Of a stretch of 64,000 nt of DNA, positions 54,801 through 64,000 are shown piece by piece. The translations under genes were made by a program, and so were the position numbers. Position 1 is the first letter of the stretch. Each line of letters opens with the position of its first letter. Where the stretch lies: NCBI RefSeq assembly GCF_009914755.1, contig NC_060938.1; one strand, written 5' to 3'. The notes beneath the pieces are model-generated. The model was given only the letters and a program-made list of their open reading frames with translations. It was not told the origin of the DNA and searched no databases. Source of the stretch: the human T2T-CHM13v2.0 reference genome, Homo sapiens.

Positions 54801-57211
54801 GAGGGTGCCTCCTGCCCCTTGGCTTGTTAAGGACACGGACAACCTCATTCTCCAATAAATTCACTACAAACAGCCACATACACATTGATACTTTTTGTTT
54901 TTGTTCTCAACAATCAAAATACAAAGTTAAACACAATTGAGCCATTGTTTTGGTTATGCATAATGTGTATGCCTCCAAAAACAGAAGAAAAATAGGAAGA
55001 AGTACCCTCACTAAAGGTTCCCCGACAAGTCTTCCGGCAGATCCAACGAAGGGAGACTCAGGAAAATCACACTTAGAAAGCTGCCCGATGAGGTATTTAT
55101 GCAAAAAGAGTGGTTCTGGAGTTAAGAACACACTTTTATATTTCTCTATTTCTCAAAGAGATCAGAAAAGTAAATCACACACATTGCATTTTATTATTTT
55201 CTAAAAGAGGCCTCTGCCCCTTTAGAAAAATGAAATGAGGGGAGACAGCCCACGGTGGGGGTTTTAATTGGAAGAAGTCCTCGGCCAGAAACAGTCCTGA
55301 ATGTTGAACCTCTGCCTTTCAGGAGAGAGGTCTGAATTTTATCATCTGTGGGGTGGGATGAAGGTGGGGGACTGAGCTGGAGGTCTTTAGGCTTGGTCAG
55401 GTGACAACACAAATCAAGGTGTCGCTCAGGTTCCATAGCTGTGGATGGCTTTTAGGGTGTCAGATGTCTGGGGAGACGGAGGGAACAGAGCACTGCGAAG
55501 ATACTTTATTCCCACCTACACCCTGAATAAATATGCTGGAAGTATTCAGCTTCAGGTCATGAATTCGACCTGCTGTAGAGGTGTAGGTTTTTTCAGGTTC
55601 TCTCATCAGCAACCCACCGGAAGGTAAGTGTGGGGAATGCACCAGTTAGTTCCCACTGTCCGGGCTGATGGAGCTCTGACATTACCTCGTCCTGGCAGAT
55701 GGGCTTGGCTTTGGCCCACAGCAGTCCCTTTTTTAAAAGTTAAGGTCATCTCTGTTCCCTCCCTCTCCTCACGCATCATATCCTGAGCCACAGTACTGGG
55801 TGTTTTTGTTTTAAAGTTTCCCTCCACTTGGATGGAAGATCATATTCTTTTAGAGATTTCTCTTTGTACCCCCGCCCCCCGCCCCCGCCATTAAAGAAAA
55901 TTTCTTAGGCAAAGGTAACAACAGGAGTTTCTGGGCTGCATGACGTTGTCTGGTTTCTAAATTCAGCTCTCGCAATCTAGGTGGTCTTAATTCCAGGTTG
56001 GTCAGTGTGCTGAAGGTAGCGATGGCCGGCCCCTGCTTCCTATTGCGACATGGCATTGTGGCGATAGGATGTCTGGGGCTGGCCTTTCCTACCTCGGCAT
56101 CGCTTCCTCCTTCACATGAACCCCATCTCGTCCCCTCACCCAATAAGGCCCATTAGCACGGTTCCCCTTCTTCTGGCTAATTTGCATAATTATTCACTGC
56201 CTTTTTCCTAGAACCAAATCATGGTAATGATTTTCTCAAGTAAGCGTCCCATAATTCTCTTGATTCTATCATACACACTCACTACTAAGTTTGCCCTCAA
56301 ATTATTGCGTCATGTTAAACATGTACAGACAGAGAGAAAGGACACACTTTTCAACAGAGAATCAGAGGGGGTCGGGGCTGAAGTGCACACAAGGCAGTAC
56401 AGAGTTCAACCATCCAAGCCCTACCAGAGCATGAAGATATTTTTATATTGCAGAGTAAGTTCCCCAACAGTCAGAATTTGTCCCTGAAGAAGGTTAAACC
56501 TTAAACACCTGCTTCAAAAAACCAAAACAAAATAACCCGAAAAAAAAACAAAAACAAAAAACAAAAACAAAAACAAAAAGGAAAAAAAGAAAGCAAAGAA
56601 AAGGAAAGAAAAAAGAAGAAAACCAAAAGAAACTCTAAGCCTAAGGGCTTAAAAATTACAGGCATAGCCTTTTCTCTATTTTCTATATTTATATGAAAAT
56701 AATTCATGCTTCATGCTAAATACATTATTTACCTTACAAGAACTTTGTTACTTTTGAATAAAAAAAGTTTGTTTTTGTGATTTTTTTCTCTTTTTCTTTT
56801 TTTTCTTCAAAGGAATCCATGCATTGTGGATCAGAAATTTCTGCTGGCTATACTGGCTGAATGTGGAAATCACTGATTTTTGCAAAGATAAATCCTGATA
56901 TTAATTGCAAACTCCATTTTGAGGGCAGTATAGGAGTTATTTTATTTTTTGCCATGTTTTACTTTTTTTTTTTGTCCATCAGTGTACCTTTAATCTTAAA
57001 AATACACCACAATACTAATGGCAGGTTCCGTAGCTTTCTAGTTTTTTTTTTTTTTTCACTTGGATCAAATAGTTTTGATAGACAGAAAAAGATCTGTACC
57101 ATTATTTCCTTTCCTTAACAGCTATTGTAATTTCCTGGACTTGGTTGCTTTTCACTTGGGCAGTTAAGAAGACACAGCTTGTTTTCCCCATCAGTTTTCT
57201 CTCTCTCTCCT

Positions 57212-57213
<2 letters not shown>

Positions 57214-57258
<45 letters not shown>

Positions 57259-57265
57259 CGTGCAC
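57214..57265 (+). repeat. (GT)~20 microsatellite, (CA)n in the FOXN3 mRNA
   Basis: Pure GT run 57214-57254 followed by GC/GT alternation. Confidence 0.97.
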
Positions 57266-58070
57266 AGGGCCAATCTTCAGGCTTATGGCTTTTGGAACAT
57301 TTTCTTAATTTAATAGAGAACAGAATTCAATGATTAGCAACATCACTAAAAATTTACCCCATTTCTTCTCCATGAGTCACTGACACCCGATGCGCATGAA
57401 CAGTCCAACGTCCACCTCGTAAGATGTCATCGGGCTTCAGGGTTCAGAAGCATCGAGGACTGGTGGCCGGCCCTCTGTGCTCGCCGTGTGACAATTCCAG
57501 TGGCTTTCCTGGCACCATCAGATGCCTGGTGCCACAAGCTTGGGTCTGCTCCTAGGGGGACGAGGGGTTCCTCCTCCTCCTCAATTGCTTTATGTGCCTT
57601 CACTCAGTGAACCCAATGGGATGGACAACCTGACTTTTTAAACCTAAGGGTTGGGCCTGAACGATGATTACTTTGCCCACGTGCCTTCTAGGTGCCGAAT
57701 GTGTGTTCCTGTGATATTGACGTTGACATCCCTGCGGATTCAGCCACAGGTTTCTGACAAGCTGGAGGAAGCAATGGTAATTTTGGCTTTTTCGGTTTTG
57801 TCTTCAGATAATGAAAAGCTTTTGTAAAACAGCTGAGTGTCAATATGAGTTCTATGGCTTCAATCTCCTTTAAAAATAAAATTCTTAAGGGTCCAAAACA
57901 AAGAAGAGGGGGCAAATTAAAACAAAATAAAAGGAAAAGAAAAGAAAGAAAACCAAACCAAAAACAAGAAAAAAGAAAAAAAATTGCTGATATTGCCACA
58001 AATCATTAGAAATCTCCTGACATGCTGAAACCAAATGGTCGTAAGTTCAAAACAAATCAGTGACTTGTTT

Positions 58071-58626
58071 TTAATTTTTTGTGGTTTCCTTTTGCTCTTT
58101 CTGCCCCTTTGCCGTCCGATTGGTGATGTTATTCAAACAGGACCGGATCCCTGCTAAGTGCAGGAGGGACCCTGCCGCTTCTTTCATCTCCTCATCATCG
58201 CTCTCGGGGGGCTTTTCGGTGCGTCTCTTTTTGAGGGGCAGTGTGTCGCTGGGGACCTTCCTGGCCTTGGCGAAGTGCTGGCGCTTCTTGTGCTGGGATG
58301 CGTACCCGCTGTCCCCCAGAGAATCCTTGGGCTCCTTCTGGCTGTGCTTCCTGTCGTCCTCTTCCGTGTCGCTGGGGCTCTCGTGGCTCCGGAAGCTCCC
58401 CTCGCTGCCCTCGCTGCCCTCCTGGCTCCCCTTGGTGGCAAACTCATAGTGGTCGTCGGCTGAGGAGGAGGAGGAGGAGATGGAGTCGCTGGTGGGCGAG
58501 GTGCTCCGGGCGTTGGAGGACTTGGCACTGCTGTAGTTGTGATCCTCCTTGGGGTCTCCGCTGACCACTGGGGAGCCACAAGATGGCTCACTCTCAGTCC
58601 GCATCCGGCAGCTGGTGATGCCATTC
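58071..58626 (-). CDS. FOXN3: Forkhead box N3 (CHES1), last coding exon (C-terminal repressor region)
   Basis: Acceptor: pyrimidine tract + CAG|G at 58627/58626. Translates (R)[33 protein letters not shown]...DSGYAS...[36 protein letters not shown], the human FOXN3 C-terminus. Confidence 0.98.
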
Positions 58627-61600
58627 CTGCAGAGCGAGGACAGTGGGGAGGGACGGGAGACAAAGAAGGGACACAGTTAGACGTCCTCAGATGGGGGCAC
58701 CCGGCAGCCCGCCTGCATTCAACCATCAGTCCCTTTGTGTTCAATGGAGCCACTCGCAAACTGTGGGGGCAACAGGTGGATCTGCTTTGAAGGCAGGGTC
58801 CTAAATCCTGACACCTCAGTCTCCCCTGCTTATCTCCTATAATGGCAGTTTCACTCCATTTGTGTGGCTGAGACGTCAAAACAACAATCTTCTGAAGCGA
58901 CAGTGGTGGAGGCTCCATCTCTTACATTAAACCATAAAAATCAAGCTGTGCTTGGTTCGTGTCCCCGCCAACACCACAGAGTCAGACACCGCCAGACGAT
59001 GTTGGCTGGGTACTTCAGAGAAAAAAGCCTGCTCTCGTCTGAAGCGGCTACATTAGGAGGCTTTTGTCAGAAGACTAAACCAGTGTTCAGCAAAGATACC
59101 TGCCATGTGGTGACAGCTACTCACTCATGCATTCCCTCCCTCGTTCATGCAATCTACAAATACTCACTGAGCGCCTAACAGAAATGCATGACCTTAGGGA
59201 GGGTTCTGGGGGAGGGACACGGGGTTGGATCGGATATAGACACTGCCACAGCGATGTTGCAGCCTAACAGAGAGGCAAGCCAGGGTCGCATCACAGACCA
59301 GAGGGCAATAAACTACGACTTCCCGAACTCAACACCTGCCAGGCGCTCTGCTAAGTCTGTGCAGAGGACCATGTTTAACTCCGTAAGGTGGATATTAGCA
59401 TCCTTATTTTACAGTGGCTCGAAGTGAAGCCTGGAGAAGTTCAGTGATGTACTTAAAGTCACACAACTGATCACTTGCGGAGCAGGGACTGGAATCAAAG
59501 TCTGACTCTCAGACTTGAGGTCTTAGCTACATCACCAGACCGACCCTCCTTTGTGATTTCCCTATAACAAGGTCCCTGCTACCCATGCCTATAAGGCGTC
59601 TGTAGCACTCATCACACCTCTGATTATTTCTTTGTGTCTTTACATCTGAGCGATGTACTTTCCTTGTGCTTCCTTATCGCGAAAGTGGGAATAGTAACTA
59701 CACCTGCTCCCCGTGGGTGTGGGGCTGAGGACACGAATTAATGCCTGCAGGTGCCTGGACCACGGCTTGGCCTGACAGCAATGGCTGTGAAGCTTATTCC
59801 TGGTTAGGACCCATGCTCCTTATGTCTGGGAGGCAGCTGCCTGTCTGTTAGTGCCTGGCGCCCAGCCTTCAGAAGGATGAATACTTGCAGGAGAGGAGGG
59901 TCACTTGTAGCTGAAGGGGACGAAGGGTGGACGCCAGGGAATGTTTTGTGGAAGACAAGGCATCTGACCTTGGACACAAGGGCTGAAGAATTTGGCAGGG
60001 ATGGGAACTGTTCTATGGCACCATGCTGGCCCGGTTTCCTGTAAGCTCATCTACCTCGTGATCCATTTCTAAGAGTTCTGGGGAACATGACCATACTTTT
60101 CCTGCCTAGATGACCCCAACTGTAAGTACTCTTACATCCCCTCCATAGAGGGCACTCCCCACCATCATTATGAACTGTGTGGTCATGTGTCCCATTAGAG
60201 AGCTAGCTCCATGAGACAGGGTGTGGTTACTGCTAGGCCCCCAGTGGCTATCGCCGTGTCAGCACGGTGGACACAGCAGATAAACTGAGGAAGTGCGGCA
60301 CAGGTGGAATCACGTGGCTGAGAGCATGAAGCTTGGGAAATGACTGTGGGTCTCCACCACCATGACTCACCGGGCACACGCTGAGGATACGGCACTGGTA
60401 GAAGGGCTGTGGGGTCAGGACCACCAGTGAGATAACAGTAGTGACAATCTCTACCCTGGCTTTTCTCCTGTCACCCTCATGGGCCTTGAGGCTCAGGGAG
60501 ACTTCAGCTGCATCCCACATAGAAAGTGAAAGGGGAAGGGAAAGAGTCCCTAATGAAAAGGGTGCAGTAGGGAGTGAGGCGAAGGAGCTGCTCTCCTGGG
60601 GCCCCAGGGCCGGTGGTATTTTGCTAAATTTAGGCTGGGGGAGAGACTCCGTACTGTCGTGTCCACCAGCAAAATGTATGAGGGTCATTATCAAAACTCA
60701 GCCTTTGCTAGATGTCCGAGAGCCTCCTGATGAACCCCAACACTTACAATGTGTGCATTTGTACACGGAAGTCCCAGTGAGACCCAGAAGGGTCCCAGCT
60801 TGTGTCCTGTGCTCCGTGATCCCAGATACACACCACCTCCCCTAAATCCTTACAGACAGAGCCTGGCTTGCAAGCCACACACGCCTGTGCTCATATCCCA
60901 GTGTTGCTTACTGGTGACTTTGAGCAGGCTGTTTTACTTCTTGAAGACTCAGCTTCCTCATCTACCTTGTGGGGCTGCGTGAGGATTAAATGAACTGTCC
61001 TGAGCACAGAGCAAGGCTGTTTGTGGTGCCTGATCATGTTTTTTACTTGTGGTCCGATTCCTGCGACTTCCTGCTGCTGTGACTTGTTCACTCTGAGCAG
61101 TCTTGTTTTCTCTTTCTATTCTGGATCGGGAGGCGTATGGGAACCCAGCACCAAGTCAGAGGAAACAGGCCCTTCAAGAGGAGTTCCTCCAGGGCTTGCC
61201 TGTGAACACAGCCCCTGAGCTTTGGGGTTTGGCCTCCTCCGTATCTGTTTTCTGCAGACTTCCTATTTCTTGGCTGTGTCTTGGGTGCATAAAGATGGCT
61301 GGGATAAGATTACTTTGAGGTGTCACCAAATGTGAAACTTGGTAAATGTAATTAATCATACAGCTAGCTATTAATAGTTATTAGAGCAAACGAAAATGAA
61401 AGTCTCGTTGTATGGTCCTTTTAATTTTTGCCATTTGAGGGAACTACTGTAAAATACAAAAATAATTCACCCACTGAACTAACATCAAACAGTTTCATAG
61501 TAAATCTAAGTATACTTGAAAGAGTAAAGTGGGCTATATTTAGCTTTTAATAAATGGATTCAGTTCTGAATGTTTCTTTTAAAAAATAACTTGGGGCTTA

Positions 61601-64000
61601 CAACTCACGTCACTACCACAGTTAAGCAGAACATGATCCCTCTCTGAACACAGATGGGGAGAATCACGAGTGGGAGAGTGAGAAATAAAGCAAGTGCTCC
61701 ACAGTGCTGATTCCTGGTGAATCTAGGTGAAGGGTCTGTGCTATTCATTGTGCTTTTCTTTCCCTTTTTTCCTAAGTTTGAACATTTTTTAAATCAAAGT
61801 TTTAGGGAGGGGGAGAAATACTCTAGAACCAAAGCAATGATGTTAAACGTGAGCTCCACACTATCATAAGAGGAATGGTTTCGAGCCTGAGAATGTCTCT
61901 TTCTTTCTTAAACAGGGAGATTAGCAGCATTAAAGAGGGGGATCCAAATGGAAACTTTCTTCTTAAAGAGATCCCATGGATTAAAGGGAGAATAGAAAAG
62001 AGAATGATTCCACAGCCCCTGATTTGATGCTGTGTGGGGCAGAGTTTCCGGTACCACCTAGAATCAGACTGCATGCCAACAGAGTCCATGACCCAAGTCC
62101 CTATTGGAACACTGGCCTACTTAACCCATTTCACAGAAAAACAGAAGCTCAGAGAGCCCCATGGTTGTTGAGTGGGGTGGCCCGGACAGTCTCAAAGATG
62201 GTTCAAGCAGGAATTCAAAATATCTCCCTGTCACTCCTGAAGAAGGAAGTTTACTGTGATGAAGACAGAAAACCAATACATCCACTGATAATATTTCTGG
62301 ATGAAAACAGGTACACAGACATAACTTCAGGGAGTGAGAATTAAAATATAAATGTCTCTCTTTCTCATTTGATGAAATTAACCTTCCCTGAGATTTTAGC
62401 TTGGGATTATGTAATCCATAAGTTACACACAAAACTCAGCAGGAAGTGAAAAGCTCCTTCAATTATTAATAACTTGGTGCAATGTTATTCACGATGGTGC
62501 AAGCCAGCTGCACTGACTTGGTGTCAAATGTTTCCCGCCGCAGGGATTGCCATTACAGGACAACAAATGCTTAAAAGAAACCAGCCATTCTGAACATGTT
62601 GGAAGGTGAATTTCTAACCACTTTCTTAAAAATCATTCATTAAAATGAACATGTGATACATCCGAAATGCCTGCAATTTTTCAGTTTTAGCTGAATTTAT
62701 GTGTAACGATATTGCAATTAGCATAAATCAGAGCCACCTGATTTTACTGGGCCTCTAAAAGTTTAAAGCATGTGGCTCAACAAAACCACGTGCTATTCAT
62801 CTCAGATAAAACCTGGTACTCATTCTCTTGTCAAATAGTTGGAAAATATCAAACATAAAAAGAGAAATCACATTAGTTCAAACCCAGAATGAGCAGGCTT
62901 TCAGCTAACAAGTCAAGGTGTAGGTTTACGACATGGCCATCTGCCATTTTTTGTTTGTTTGTTCATTTGTTTAACCAATTAATTAGGGGTTCCACTACAG
63001 TATAATGAGCATGTGTCATCTCTGCCTCTTACCTGGTGCACTAGGAGTCTCTCTGGAACTAATGGCTCTAATTCTAAAGGATATCATGTAGGGTAGTTGT
63101 CCTCCCCAGGGATTTACTTGAGGACTCTGATCTTTTGCCAAATGTGAAAAGTAGATGGGATTAATGGGATTGTAGAAGCAGGGGACTGGAGCAAGTTCAA
63201 AGCTTCTTTTGAAAATCAACTGCAAGTAGACATGGAAGAGAAGAGATGACCAAAGACTTCCACCTCCAGCCAAGTGGTAGAAAGACATTTGGAAGGTTCT
63301 CTTCTGACTATAATATAAAAGATCCTAGATCAAGTACAGTAACTTGTTTTAAAGGCATTGCTGAGTTCACTAGAAAATAAGGGATATTCAGAGACCCATA
63401 GAGACATACACACAAATAAAACATTTTAAAGTAACCTGCAGTGTGAGCAATCAGGCAACTAGGCAACGAAGAAAGCCAAAGTTTCTCTATAGCGAACGTC
63501 TGCCCTCGCAGTAGAACAAGAACCCAAACTCACTCAGTGGGAGGCAGGAAGGGAGCAGCAGGAAGGTTGATGCTGGCTGCTTCCTGCTTACTGTGTACCC
63601 TCTAAGGGCGTTCAAGTGGCTCCAGGTATACTGGTCCCCCAGGCTCCCCACCGAAGTTTTAAAAGCAAATCCTCTCTGAAAGAACATACTTTAAACCCAA
63701 GCCACAAGGAATTTCCACAGATAAGATTTCAAGAACATGGGTTCATAATAAAAAAAACAAAAATTAAAAACATTAAACACAATGGGAATAAGCCACCATA
63801 AGCAAAGAGACAAGAGAACAGAGAAATGATAGAATCTGAACGGCAAAGACTATAAATGTTGAAATAATTCGTTACAGAATGTAAAGTTAGTATGTTTAAA
63901 TAAAGGAGGGAATTGAAAAATACTAGAAAGGAAGATCAGGCTATATTGGAAAGCACTAAACAGAACTTCTAGAGATAAAACATATAATCCTGGAAATTAA
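58627..64000 (-). other. FOXN3: FOXN3 last intron (3' portion); contains MIRs (~59390-59530, ~59650-59800, ~60900-61040), an L2 fragment (~60100-60340) and an L1M fragment (~63240-64000)
   Basis: Upstream of the acceptor; no other FOXN3 coding exon recognised in the window. Confidence 0.85.

Larger units (their letters stand above)
51845..58070 (-). other. FOXN3: FOXN3 3' UTR (~6.2 kb)
   Basis: Follows the stop codon; no interspersed repeats recognised; U-rich tracts; ends at the AATAAA above; consistent with the known long FOXN3 mRNA. Confidence 0.8.

Noticed and set aside
56515-56632. Long A-rich tract as a possible retroposon tail
   Set aside because: No element body or TSD; it is a U-rich low-complexity stretch of the FOXN3 3' UTR
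58184-58918. 244-aa alternative-frame ORF and antisense ORFs over the FOXN3 exon
   Set aside because: Shadow ORFs of a GC-rich coding exon; the start lies in the intron and the true frame is fixed by the splice acceptor

Overview
Human (primate) genomic DNA from the 3' end of the FOXN3 (CHES1) locus. The minus strand carries the last FOXN3 coding exon (58626-58071), a ~6.2 kb 3' UTR ending near 51845, and last-intron sequence up to the window end. The other ~52 kb is repeat-rich downstream DNA. It holds a full-length processed MPPE1 pseudogene (5519-8607, 16-bp TSD) interrupted by an antisense solo LTR12C, a full-length Hsmar2 mariner, and many Alu, MaLR/ERVL LTR, L1, L2, CR1, MIR and MER elements. 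I see no evidence for a new multi-gene system. The most notable items are: the LTR12C/MPPE1-retrocopy nest, a retrocopy that records an MPPE1 splice variant lacking 22 codons, a chimeric Alu that looks partly gene-converted by AluYb9, a 94-bp near-perfect palindrome, a 93-bp duplication flanking an L2 fragment, and short linear motifs in the FOXN3 tail. Repeat subfamily names and parent-gene comparisons come from remembered consensus sequences and need RepeatMasker/BLAST confirmation. Boundaries of old repeats are approximate.
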